In this document: piece after piece, positions 37,517-45,840 of the stretch | How positions within the stretch are numbered: position 1 is the stretch's first letter | Layout: the number at the start of each line of letters is the position of its first letter | From: Burkholderiales bacterium | GTDB taxonomy: Bacteria > Pseudomonadota > Gammaproteobacteria > Burkholderiales > SG8-41 | Direction: 5' to 3' | NCBI GenBank assembly: GCA_035259205.1 | Contig: DATFWO010000036.1 | Span: 11,018 to 75,017, forward strand | DNA length: 64,000 nucleotides | Position numbers and translations under genes: made by a program | Notes under the pieces: model-generated | The model's input: only the letters and a program-made list of their open reading frames with translations | The model's database searches: none | Told to the model about the DNA's origin: nothing

Positions 37517-38476
37517 TCAGTCGACGCGAATCCCGGCCGCCGCGGCGACTTTCTTCCAGCGCGCGAGCTCGGATTTGAGATACGCGGTGAATGCTTCAGG
37601 AGTGCTGCCGACGACCTCCGAGGCGTGCAGCTCGAATTTCTGCCTGACGTCCGGCAGGTGGACGATACGCACCGTTTCTTCGTACAGCCTGCGCACGATC
37701 TCCCGCGGCGTCCCCGCCGGCACGAGCACGCCTATCCATCCGGCGAATTCGTACCCGGGAATCCCGGATTCGGCGATGGTCGGCGTATCGGGCAGCGCCG
37801 GCGAGCGCTTCATCGTCGTCACCGCGAGGAGCCTCAGCTTGCCGTCCTTCACCAGCGGGAGCATGGATTCGGGCGTGCCGTACACATACTGGAGGCGGCC
37901 GCCGAGCAGATCGGGCATCGCCTGGGGAAGTCCCTTGTACTGCACGTGGACCACGCGTATGCCGGCCGTGAGGCGGAACAGCTCCCCCGCCAGATGGCTA
38001 GCCGAGCCGTTGCCCCCGGTGCCGTAATTCAACTGGCCGGGACGCGCCTTCGCGAGCGCCACCAGCTCCTGCACCGACTTCGCCGGTACCGAGGGATTGC
38101 TCGTCAGCACCAGCGCCTGCGAGACGACCTGGGTTACCGGGACGAAATCGCGCAAGGTTGCGACCGACAGCTTCTGGTACACGGCCTCGCGCAGCACCAG
38201 CGAGGAAGTCGTCACCATGACCGTATAGCCGTCCGGGATGGCCCGGGCCGCGATTTCCGCGCCTATCATCCCGGTGCGGTTGTCCACGACGACCTGCTGG
38301 CCCCACGAATCGGTGAGCTTCTGTCCGATGGCCCGCGCAACGGTATCGCCCCCGCCGCCGGGCACGGTCGGAACGATGATGCGTATCGGCCGGCCGGGAT
38401 ACTGCTGAGCGGGACACCAGCCCGGCGTCGCGGCAAGCACAAAAACGATCCCGTACGCAGCCCGTCTCGTATTCAT
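37517..38476 (-). CDS. Bug/TctC family substrate-binding protein
   Basis: YPGRPIRIIVPTVPGGGGD, VVDNRTG, PDGYTVMV, HVQYKGLP. An 8-bp hairpin TTCGCGTC/GACGCGAA (37511..37530) spans the stop. Confidence 0.9.
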   Translation of the reverse strand: MNTRRAAYGIVFVLAATPGWCPAQQYPGRPIRIIVPTVPGGGGDTVARAIGQKLTDSWGQQVVVDNRTGMIGAEIAARAIPDGYTVMVTTSSLVLREAVYQKLSVATLRDFVPVTQVVSQALVLTSNPSVPAKSVQELVALAKARPGQLNYGTGGNGSASHLAGELFRLTAGIRVVHVQYKGLPQAMPDLLGGRLQYVYGTPESMLPLVKDGKLRLLAVTTMKRSPALPDTPTIAESGIPGYEFAGWIGVLVPAGTPREIVRRLYEETVRIVHLPDVRQKFELHASEVVGSTPEAFTAYLKSELARWKKVAAAAGIRVD

Positions 38477-38575
38477 CTCACTCGGCGCGCTGATGTCGGG
38501 AGAGCAAGAAAAGCCTCAACGCTGTTCGCCTTCCTTCGCGGATTCGCATCCTTCGTGTAAAGCTTTGGCGTTAAC

Positions 38576-38602
38576 AAAAAAGGCCGCGCATCATGCGCGG
38601 CC
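38576..38602 (-). terminator. rho-independent terminator of Bug gene 38619
   Basis: Minus strand GGCCGCGCA-TGA-TGCGCGGCC followed by TTTTTTGTT. It lies just beyond the heptamer array that overlaps the stop codon. Confidence 0.7.
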
Positions 38603-38603
38603 C

Positions 38604-38624
38604 GTCACCCGTCACTCGTCACTC
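38604..38624 (-). repeat. heptamer array, family B, 3 units overlapping the stop codon
   Basis: GTCACCC GTCACTC GTCACTC (plus strand), which reads GAGTGAC GAGTGAC GGGTGAC on the gene strand. Stop 38619..38621 lies inside a unit. Confidence 0.85.
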
Positions 38625-39587
38625 GACCTTGATACCCGAATCGGCCACGACCTTCCTGAACTTCGCGATCTCGCTCTTGATGACGGCTGCGAACTGCTCC
38701 GGCGTGTTGCCGATGGTAACGAAGCCGAGCGAGCTGAAGCGCCCCTTGACGTCGGGAGCCTCGAGCGCGGCGACCGCCTCGCGGTTCACGGCACGCACCA
38801 CTTTGTCCGGCGTGCCGCGGGGCGCGAACAGGCCGTGCCAGATCTGGAAGTCATAGCCCTGCATGCCCTGTTCGGCGATGGTCGGCACGTTGGGGAGCAC
38901 CGGCGAGCGCTGCGCGCTGGTGATACCGTAGGCCTTGAGCTTACCCGCGTCGATGTGCTGCTTGCTGGCGAGCGGCGTAAGGACCGATACGTCCACCTCT
39001 CCCGACAGGATCGCGATCTCCGTGGGCGAGCTTCCCTTGTAGCGCACGTTGTTCATCTTGAGCTGCGTCTGCGCCCACAGCGCATCGCCTGCAAGCTCGC
39101 CGGTTGCTCCTGCCACCCCGACGTTGAACTTGCCGGGCTGCCTCTTCGCGGCGTTGACGAAGTCCGTGAGCGAATTCCCGGGCACTTTGGGATTCGCCAC
39201 GACGACCATGCCGCTCGTCACCAGTTGCGTGATCGGAACGAAGTCGCGCACGGGATCGTACGGCAGGTTGCGGTAGAGGCTCGGATTGATCGCGTGCGTG
39301 CCGCTGTTGCCCACGGCCAGCGTGTAGCCGTCCGGGGCTGCCTTGGCCGCGATGTCCGTTCCCGCGACCCCGTTCGAGCTGCCCCGATTGTCCGCTACCA
39401 TGGCCTGCTTGAGCCCTTCGGTAAGCCGCGGCAGGATCAGCCGCACCGCCGTATCGGACGGACCGCCCGGCGGGACCGGAACGATGATGCGGATCGGCCG
39501 ATTTCCGCTCAAACCTTGAGCGGAAATGTATGAAGGAAACAATGCAGCACAAAGCAGGGCTGCGACGATTTTCAACAGCGCTCTCAT
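38619..39587 (-). CDS. Bug/TctC family substrate-binding protein
   Basis: Start trimmed to ATG 39587 (MRALLKIVAALL...); the upstream MRDDPFGR is just the translation of a heptamer array. IRIIVPVPPGGPSD, PDGYTLAV, VRYKGSS. Confidence 0.9.
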   Translation of the reverse strand: MRALLKIVAALLCAALFPSYISAQGLSGNRPIRIIVPVPPGGPSDTAVRLILPRLTEGLKQAMVADNRGSSNGVAGTDIAAKAAPDGYTLAVGNSGTHAINPSLYRNLPYDPVRDFVPITQLVTSGMVVVANPKVPGNSLTDFVNAAKRQPGKFNVGVAGATGELAGDALWAQTQLKMNNVRYKGSSPTEIAILSGEVDVSVLTPLASKQHIDAGKLKAYGITSAQRSPVLPNVPTIAEQGMQGYDFQIWHGLFAPRGTPDKVVRAVNREAVAALEAPDVKGRFSSLGFVTIGNTPEQFAAVIKSEIAKFRKVVADSGIKVE

Positions 39588-39600
39588 CCGTCCGAACGGG

Positions 39601-39631
39601 TCATCCCTCATCCTTCATCCCTCATCCTTCC
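39601..39631 (-). repeat. heptamer array, family A, 4.4 units
   Basis: TCATCCC TCATCCT TCATCCC TCATCCT TCC, between the ABC stop (39641) and the Bug start (39587). Confidence 0.9.
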
Positions 39632-39640
39632 AGATTGCGG

Positions 39641-41428
39641 CTATGCGGCAAACTGCAGCCTGGCGAGATGGGCGTAAAGCCCGTCCGCGTTGAGCAACTC
39701 CTGGTGGTTGCCGACGGCATGGATGCGTCCGCGATCCAGGACGATGATGCGGTCGGCGTTGCGCACGGTCGCCAGGCGGTGCGCGATCACGATCGTCGTG
39801 CGCCCGCGCGCGAGCCGCTCCAGGGCCTGGGCAATCTGGCGCTCTCTCTCCGCGTCGAGCGAGCTCGTCGCCTCGTCGAGCAACAGGACGGGGCGGTCCG
39901 CGAGCAGCGCCCGCGCGATCGAGATGCGCTGGCGCTGTCCGCCGGAGAGCTTGACGCCACGCTCGCCGAGATCGGTATCGAACCCATGCGGCAGGCGCTC
40001 GATGAATTCCAGGGCGTGCGCCGCCGCGCACGCGTCCCGCACCATGCTGTCCGAGGCATCCGGGCGGCCGAACCGCACGTTCTCCGTGATACTCCCGGCA
40101 AAGATCACGGGATCCTGCGGCACCAGCGCGATCGCACGGCGCAGGTCGTGCGGATCGCAATGCCGGAGGTCCGCGCCGTCCAGCAGGACTCTGCCGTGCG
40201 ACGGATCATAGAACCGCAGGATCAGCGCGAAGATCGTCGACTTGCCCGCTCCCGACGGGCCGACCAGCGCGATCCGCTCTCCGGGATCTATCGTGAAAGA
40301 GACGGGCCCGAGCGCGGTCACCTCCGGGCGCGCGGGATAGGCGAAGACGACCTCGTCGAACCGGATTGCCCCGGTCACGCGCGACGGCAGCCGTATCGGC
40401 GGCGCGGCGACCTCGAGCTCGGGTCGAATGTCGAGCAGCTCCATCAGGCGCTCGGTCGAGCCCGCCGCGCGCTGGATCTCGCCCCACACTTCCGAAACCG
40501 TGCCGGCCCCGCTCGCCACCACGGCGGCGTAGAACACGAAAGCCGAGAGCTGCCCGGCTGTGAGCCGACCCGCGAACACGTCGTGGCCGCCTATCCACAG
40601 GATCACGCCGACCGCGCAGAATCCGATCAGCATCACGGAGGAAATGAGCCACGCTTTCACGCGCACGCGATGCACACCCGCGGCACGCGCCGCATCGACC
40701 GCCGCGGAAAACTGCGCCCGGGTGCGCGTTTCGTGGCCATAAGCCTGGACGGTCCGGATTTCGTGCAGCGACTCGTCGACGAGCGACGACACGTCGGCCA
40801 CGCGGTCCTGGCTGACGCGCGAGAGGCGTCGCACGCGCCGCCCCATCACGAGGATCGGCACGACCGTCGCCGGTATGCCGAGCACGATGAGCGCGGCGAG
40901 CTTGGAGCTGGTCATGAACAGCAGCACCAGCGCGCCCAGCATCATCAGCGAATTGCGCAGGAACATCGAGAAACCGAACCCGATCACCTGCCGGATCTGC
41001 TCGGTGTCATTGGTGAGACGCGAGGCGACCTCGCCGGTGCGAGCGGAATCGAAGAACGCGGGCGACAGCGTGAGGACGTGGCCGAAGACCGCCGAGCGCA
41101 AATCCGCGACGATCCGCTCACCGACGCTCATCATCAGGTAGAAGCGCACCCAGGTCGCGCCCGCCAGCACGACGGACACCGCGACCACGGCCGCGAGTGC
41201 GGCGTTCAGGAGGCGGGGATCACCGCCGCCCAGTCCGGCATCCACCACGTGCCGCAGCCCTTGTCCCAGCGCGAGCACGCAGCCGGCCGCAACCATGAGT
41301 GCGGCGAGCGCGACGCCTATCCGACCGCGATAGGGCAGCAGGAAGCGGCCGAGGCGCGCAAGGTGGTGGATGTCGCCCTTTGCTGGCGACGCGAACGAGG
41401 AACCCATGGCCATGGCCCATCCTAACAT
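39641..41428 (-). CDS. ABC transporter, fused permease/ATP-binding protein (MsbA-like exporter type)
   Basis: Six-TM N-domain followed by Walker A GPSGAGKST, signature LSGGQRQRISIARA and Walker B LLLDEATSSLD. First ATG taken as 41428. Confidence 0.85.
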   Translation of the reverse strand: MLGWAMAMGSSFASPAKGDIHHLARLGRFLLPYRGRIGVALAALMVAAGCVLALGQGLRHVVDAGLGGGDPRLLNAALAAVVAVSVVLAGATWVRFYLMMSVGERIVADLRSAVFGHVLTLSPAFFDSARTGEVASRLTNDTEQIRQVIGFGFSMFLRNSLMMLGALVLLFMTSSKLAALIVLGIPATVVPILVMGRRVRRLSRVSQDRVADVSSLVDESLHEIRTVQAYGHETRTRAQFSAAVDAARAAGVHRVRVKAWLISSVMLIGFCAVGVILWIGGHDVFAGRLTAGQLSAFVFYAAVVASGAGTVSEVWGEIQRAAGSTERLMELLDIRPELEVAAPPIRLPSRVTGAIRFDEVVFAYPARPEVTALGPVSFTIDPGERIALVGPSGAGKSTIFALILRFYDPSHGRVLLDGADLRHCDPHDLRRAIALVPQDPVIFAGSITENVRFGRPDASDSMVRDACAAAHALEFIERLPHGFDTDLGERGVKLSGGQRQRISIARALLADRPVLLLDEATSSLDAERERQIAQALERLARGRTTIVIAHRLATVRNADRIIVLDRGRIHAVGNHQELLNADGLYAHLARLQFAA

Positions 41429-41532
41429 CAAAAAAACCTTTGCCTCCGCCAGCTTTTATTCCTGACAAATCAGTGCGATGACAGATCCACTCCGGCGTTC
41501 AGCCGTTCGCCCGTCACCCGCTGGCACGCAGA

Positions 41533-41561
41533 TTGATATTCGTCGGGTCCGGGCGTAGCAT
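41533..41561 (+). promoter_or_regulatory. candidate sigma70-type promoter for small ORF 41630
   Basis: TTGATA (41533..41538), 17-nt spacer, TAGCAT (41556..41561), about 70 nt upstream of the ATG. Confidence 0.4.
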
Positions 41562-41629
41562 GAATCTGCAACTCCAAGTACGGCAGCAAGGGAAACTGTC
41601 TACCTTCTGGACATGGAAAGGAGGTTGTA

Positions 41630-41785
41630 ATGTGCTACGAGTATGACTGGATGCAAAAACCACAAGCAGACGAGGCAACGCGCAGAATCAAGGAAAAGGC
41701 CGACGAACTGACAAAGCAGAACAACCCAGCGCCGCCCAAACCGGCGGAGTCGCCACGCACCAAGGAACAACCCGTTCCGGCCTGA
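41630..41785 (+). CDS. small hypothetical protein (51 aa), absent from the ORF track
   Basis: GGAAAGGAGG ends 6 nt before ATG 41630. MCYEYDWMQKPQADEATRRIKEKADELTKQNNPAPPKPAESPRTKEQPVPA. A terminator follows immediately. Confidence 0.5.
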   Translation: MCYEYDWMQKPQADEATRRIKEKADELTKQNNPAPPKPAESPRTKEQPVPA

Positions 41786-41787
41786 TC

Positions 41788-41816
41788 AAAAAAACCCCGC
41801 AGAAGCGGGGTTTTTG
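41788..41816. terminator. bidirectional rho-independent terminator
   Basis: AAAAAAA-CCCCGC-AGAA-GCGGGG-TTTTTG, between the small ORF (+) and Bug gene 41906 (-). Confidence 0.7.
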
Positions 41817-41876
41817 TTGACCTGCACGGTTCAGCTGCCGAATAACTTGAGCTCCGTTTTCAGATAACCGAGGTGC

Positions 41877-41911
41877 ATCACTCGTCACCCGTCACTCGTC
41901 ACCCGTCACTC
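41877..41911 (-). repeat. heptamer array, family B, 5 units overlapping the stop codon
   Basis: ATCACTC GTCACCC GTCACTC GTCACCC GTCACTC. Stop 41906..41908 lies inside the last unit. Confidence 0.9.
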
Positions 41912-42868
41912 GACCTTGATTCCCGACTGCTTGATCGCACGGCCCCATTTTTCGCGCTCGCTCTTGAGGTGAACCGCCAGCTCCCGCGGCGTGCTGCCGA
42001 TCGCGTCGGTGCCGTCGGTCGCGAGGCGCGATGCGATGTCAGGTTGATTCAGCGTCCTCACGATCTCGCGGTATAGCCGCTCGACGACAGCCTGCTGCAC
42101 GCCGCGCGGTGCCAGCATGGCATGCCACTGCGTTACTACGAAACCGGGGATGCCCGCTTCGATCATCGTCGGGATCTCGGGCGCGGACTTGGCTCGCACC
42201 GCGCTCGTCACGGCCAGGGCGCGCAGCCGCTGCGCTCGCATCAAGGGAAATCCGGATGCGAGTATGACCAGCGTCATTTGCACGCGGCCGGCCAGCATCT
42301 CCGGGTACGCGGCCCCCATGCCCTTGAACGGCACGTGGACCATGTCCGTGCCGGTCATCGTCCGCAGCAGCTCGGTCGCAAGGTGTATCAGCGAGCCGTT
42401 GCCGGTCGAAGCATAGTTGAGCTTGCCGGGATTGGCTTTTGTATAGGCGATCAGCTCGGCCACCGATTTCACCGGCAGCGCAGGGTTGACGAGCAGCACG
42501 TAGGGTCCCGCGGCGACCTGCGAAACCGGCGTAAGGTCGCGGAGAATGTCGTACGGCACCTTGACCAGCATGGAGTGCACCAGCGAAGTCGCGCTCATGA
42601 AAACCAGGGTGTAGCCGTCCGGCGCGGCATTCACCGTGAGCTCCACGGCGATCGAACCGCTGGCCCCCGGCCGGTTGTCCACGACGACGCTCTGGCCGAG
42701 GTACTCGCCGAGCCTGGGAGCGATCAACCGCGCGACGAAGTCGAGGCCACCTCCCGTCCCCGAAGCGACGAGTACCCTGATCGGCCGCGCCGGATAGTCT
42801 TGAGCCGGTAAGCCTGGACTCAAGACCGTCAACAGGAACGCCAACGAAAAGAGCGAGGCGCGCTTCAT
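41906..42868 (-). CDS. Bug/TctC family substrate-binding protein
   Basis: Start at ATG 42868 (MKRASLFSLAFLL...). [44 protein letters not shown]. Confidence 0.9.
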   Translation of the reverse strand: MKRASLFSLAFLLTVLSPGLPAQDYPARPIRVLVASGTGGGLDFVARLIAPRLGEYLGQSVVVDNRPGASGSIAVELTVNAAPDGYTLVFMSATSLVHSMLVKVPYDILRDLTPVSQVAAGPYVLLVNPALPVKSVAELIAYTKANPGKLNYASTGNGSLIHLATELLRTMTGTDMVHVPFKGMGAAYPEMLAGRVQMTLVILASGFPLMRAQRLRALAVTSAVRAKSAPEIPTMIEAGIPGFVVTQWHAMLAPRGVQQAVVERLYREIVRTLNQPDIASRLATDGTDAIGSTPRELAVHLKSEREKWGRAIKQSGIKVE

Positions 42869-42996
42869 CGATTCATTGGTCCTGCGATCGTGTTTCCGGC
42901 ACTCCTGAATTGTCGCCTGCCTGAATGCGGTGGACAACACCGCAACCATGGCCCTGCTCCGTGGTAGATTCGGCAGGCCCGATCGAGAGGGGTTCC

Positions 42997-43735
42997 ATGG
43001 ACCAAGCGCTCTGGGTTACGTGGTACGACCTTCCCGACTCCGATCGGGCGGCCTACCTCGCATGGGTTCACGGCGCATACATCCCGAAAGTCGTGGAACG
43101 ACCAGGTGTGCTGTGGGGCGCCCACTACGCATCCGAAGAGAACGTCGTGCCGTTGGGTGGCGGCAAGGGCCGCGTCAGCCATGTCAAACCCGATTCGATC
43201 CCGGGCGGGGACCGCTATATTTTGATCTTTGGCGCGGAGAACGCCGACGCCTTCGCCAGTCCGAGCCCGCGCCGGTTTCACGCGCAGCTGCCGGAAGGAG
43301 ATCAGGCGATGCTTGCGTTGAGAACCGGCGAGCGCGTCAACGTCATGCTCGAGGAAACACGCGTATACGGACCCGAGGCGAGACTGCCCGAATCCGACGG
43401 CGCGCCCGCCCCGTGCATACAGCTCGGCAGCTTCAATTCCGGCTCGTACGAAGACGAGGATGAGCTCGCTGCCTGGTACGCGCAATGGCGGCTGCCGTCA
43501 CTCAGAACCTTGCCAAGGGGTGGTGCGGGTCCGGAAGCTGGTTTCGATTTCCGGCTGGGCCAAGCACGCGTGTTGTTACGAATTTACCTCGGTGGAAGCC
43601 CGCAACGAGCACTTCATCTACTACGAGCGCGGCCACCCGGAGATGGAGGCCTGGTCGAAGCGGGCCGTGAAGAACCTCATCCACGCCCCCGGCTCGCCCA
43701 ATCTCGCGCGGCGCATCTGGCTTGCCGTTAAATAG
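42997..43735 (+). pseudogene. frameshifted hypothetical protein (two similar half-domains)
   Basis: Frame 1 (MDQALWVTWYDLPDSDRAAYLAWVHG...AAWYAQWRLPSLRTLP) continues sensibly only in frame 2 (GVVRVRKLVSISGWAKHACCYEF...RIWLAVK). There appears to be one extra base in CCAAGGGG at about 43515..43520. Confidence 0.55.
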
Positions 43736-43812
43736 CGTCTCAGATAGTGCGTCCCAGCTGATGCGTTTCAGATAAAGCGTCCCGATAGTGCGTCCCATAC
43801 ACGGCGTCCGCC
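43736..43812 (+). repeat. 13-14-nt periodic array, family H (GCGTCYCA...), 6 units
   Basis: GCGTC(T/C)C or GCGTTTC at 43736, 43749, 43763, 43777, 43790 and 43804. Starts directly after stop 43733..43735. Confidence 0.8.
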
Positions 43813-43850
43813 TCCAGAACCGCTGCAAGCACGCCCCATCCGGGACGTTG

Positions 43851-43895
43851 CACCTGAGACGATTTACCTGAGACGCTGTATCTGAGACGCTGTAT
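43851..43895 (-). repeat. 14-nt array, family H inverted (CTGAGACG), 3 units
   Basis: CCTGAGACG at 43853 and 43867, TCTGAGACG at 43881. It is the reverse complement of the GCGTCTCAG units. Ends 3 nt from the small lipoprotein stop (43899). Confidence 0.85.
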
Positions 43896-43898
43896 GGC

Positions 43899-44051
43899 TC
43901 ACGGGCATGCCTTCGAACCCGGGTTCGGGCACCAATCAGGGCTGTTCGAAACGCCGACCGATAGAATGCCGCACCCCGCAACGAGCAGACAAAGCGCAAG
44001 AGCGAGGCCAAGCCGGCCGCGCCCGATTCGTGCTCGCTGACGATCGTTCAT
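43899..44051 (-). CDS. small putative lipoprotein (50 aa), absent from the ORF track
   Basis: MNDRQRARIGRGRLGLALALCLLVAGCGILSV...DWCPNPGSKACP. Lipobox LVAGC; GAGGGG just upstream of the ATG; directly downstream of the MFS gene. Confidence 0.4.
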   Translation of the reverse strand: MNDRQRARIGRGRLGLALALCLLVAGCGILSVGVSNSPDWCPNPGSKACP

Positions 44052-44088
44052 GCCCCTCTAACCGTATCCGGCAGTGCTCGTCCCCGCA

Positions 44089-45384
44089 TTATCTCTCCCG
44101 CGCCCGCATGGAAAAAGCGAGTAAGGCGATGGTGACGGCGAGCAGCACGAGCGCGCTCAAAGCGAGCGACCAGTGTATGCCGATCAGGGCACCGACAACG
44201 CCGACCGTGATGCCGCTGAACGCGCGCAATCCGTTGTTGGAGAGATAGTAGAGCCCGATCAGCCGGCCCCGCAGCTGGGGCGGCGCCTCGAGCTGTATCA
44301 ATGCCTGGATCATCGCTCCATACGCCAGGAACAGAAAACCCGACACGAACATGAGCGCGACTGCGATCGGATAGCTCGTCGCGACGGCGAATCCGGCGAT
44401 GCTGATGCACCAGAGTATGACGAGCACGATCGCAGTGCGCGGACTGGGCTCGAGCAGGCCGCCCTTCGCCTCGAGCGACAAGCCTGCCGTGAGCGCTCCC
44501 GCGGCGTTGGCAGCCAGCAGGACGGCATAGGAAAAATCGGCTTTCTCGGTACCGAGGTCATGCGCATACTCCGGCATCTGAGCCTGAAACGCGTTGCCGA
44601 CCAGGAGCGAGGCCGCGCCCGCCAGAAGTATCATCGAAAAGATCGTGCGGTTTCCGGAAGCTTCGCGCAGCACGGCAAGCGTGTCCGCGAGCCCGGTCGC
44701 GCGCGCCGGCGCGCTCGATTGCCTCCTCGCGGCGCCATACGGCGCTTTCCACAGCCACAACACCAGCGGCAGGTAGATGAGAGCGTTTGCCAGCAGGCCC
44801 ATCGCGGGGCCGAGCAGTAGCATGAGGCCGCCGCCAACCGCCGGGCCCAGCAGTATTCCGAGCTGGCGGCTCGTGGCGTTGAGCCGCACCGCGCTCACGA
44901 TGTGCTCCCGGCCGACGATGTCGTGCAGCAGCAACTGGCTCGCCGGAGACCACAGCACCCCGGCCATTCCGTGCACGATCAGGAGGACCGCCGCGTGCCA
45001 CATCTGTATCGTGTCCGTGAGAAACAGCAGCGCCCACGCGATCGAGACCGCCATGAACAGGAATTGCGCGAGCTGAATGATGCGCCGGGAGTCGTAGCGA
45101 TCCGCCAGGGCACCGAAATAGACCGCGAACAGCAGGAACGGCAGCCAATGGCTCAGCACCGCGAATCCCGCCAGAGCCGGAGAGTGGAATTTCTCGAACA
45201 TGACCCAGTAGCTGATGACATGCTCGATGTTGTCGGCCATCATCGCGGCGGCCGAGGTCAGGAGGTAGCCGCGGAAGCCCGGATGGCGCAGCGCCGCGAA
45301 GGAGCGCAGCGGCGCCCCGGCCGGTTCGGCGCGCGAGGCCGCGCCCTCCTTCTCGCCGCCTGAGGGTAAGCGGGCTTTGTTCAC
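44089..45384 (-). CDS. MFS transporter
   Basis: 431 aa with about 12 TM segments; GALADRYDSRR MFS loop motif. GTG start overlaps the upstream remnant's stop (GTGA). Confidence 0.8.
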   Translation of the reverse strand: MNKARLPSGGEKEGAASRAEPAGAPLRSFAALRHPGFRGYLLTSAAAMMADNIEHVISYWVMFEKFHSPALAGFAVLSHWLPFLLFAVYFGALADRYDSRRIIQLAQFLFMAVSIAWALLFLTDTIQMWHAAVLLIVHGMAGVLWSPASQLLLHDIVGREHIVSAVRLNATSRQLGILLGPAVGGGLMLLLGPAMGLLANALIYLPLVLWLWKAPYGAARRQSSAPARATGLADTLAVLREASGNRTIFSMILLAGAASLLVGNAFQAQMPEYAHDLGTEKADFSYAVLLAANAAGALTAGLSLEAKGGLLEPSPRTAIVLVILWCISIAGFAVATSYPIAVALMFVSGFLFLAYGAMIQALIQLEAPPQLRGRLIGLYYLSNNGLRAFSGITVGVVGALIGIHWSLALSALVLLAVTIALLAFSMRARER

Positions 45385-45741
45385 GCGAAGAGTCTATCGT
45401 CGCCCGCCGGCGCGATGAGCTCCGGACCATCATTTTTCGCGCTGTTGACGCGCAAGCCGACCGGATATGCCCTCATCTCCTCCGCCGGATAGGGCTTGAG
45501 CAGTTGTCCGAGCGCGGCCGTGTCTGAATTCCTGGGATCGAGCCAGGCGTCGTAGCCGATCGCGTGGAGTATTACCGTCATGCGGTCGTAGAGGTTGCGC
45601 ACAAGCTCGTTTGCTTCAGTCGTGATGATCGTAAAGTTTTCGATCGGCGCAGCGCCGCCCTTGCCCGGCCAGAATTCGGAACTCGATCCGCTCCCGGTTC
45701 TTGCGGGAGACCGGTCCGTAGGTGGCGTAGCGGCCGCACAT
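45381..45741 (-). pseudogene. decayed SOS-response-associated peptidase (SRAP/YedK) gene
   Basis: N-terminal MCGRYATYG (ATG 45741). After a frame change, ...EFWPGKGGAAPIENFTIITTEANELVRNLYDRMTVIL..YDAWLDP...MRAYPVGLRVNSAKNDGPELI. About 100 central residues are missing and the HxRMP His reads Y. Confidence 0.65.
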
Positions 45742-45745
45742 GCCT

Positions 45746-45780
45746 GAGTGACGGGTGACGGGTGACGGGTGACGACCGAC
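45746..45780 (+). repeat. heptamer array, family B, 5 units
   Basis: GAGTGAC GGGTGAC GGGTGAC GGGTGAC GACCGAC. Confidence 0.9.
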
Positions 45781-45805
45781 GAAGGCGGTGCAGCGAAGAT
45801 GAACG

Positions 45806-45840
45806 TCCCTCATCCCTCATCCTTCATCCCTCTTCCCTAG
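45806..45840 (-). repeat. heptamer array, family A, about 4.5 units overlapping the TPP-enzyme stop
   Basis: TCCCTCATCCCTCATCCTTCATCCCTCTTCCCTAG. Stop 45837..45839. Confidence 0.9.

Noticed and set aside
39530-41425. 631-aa plus-strand ORF opposite the ABC transporter
   Set aside because: The minus strand carries unambiguous Walker A, signature and Walker B motifs. The plus-strand product has no motifs and an extreme Arg/His/Asp bias.
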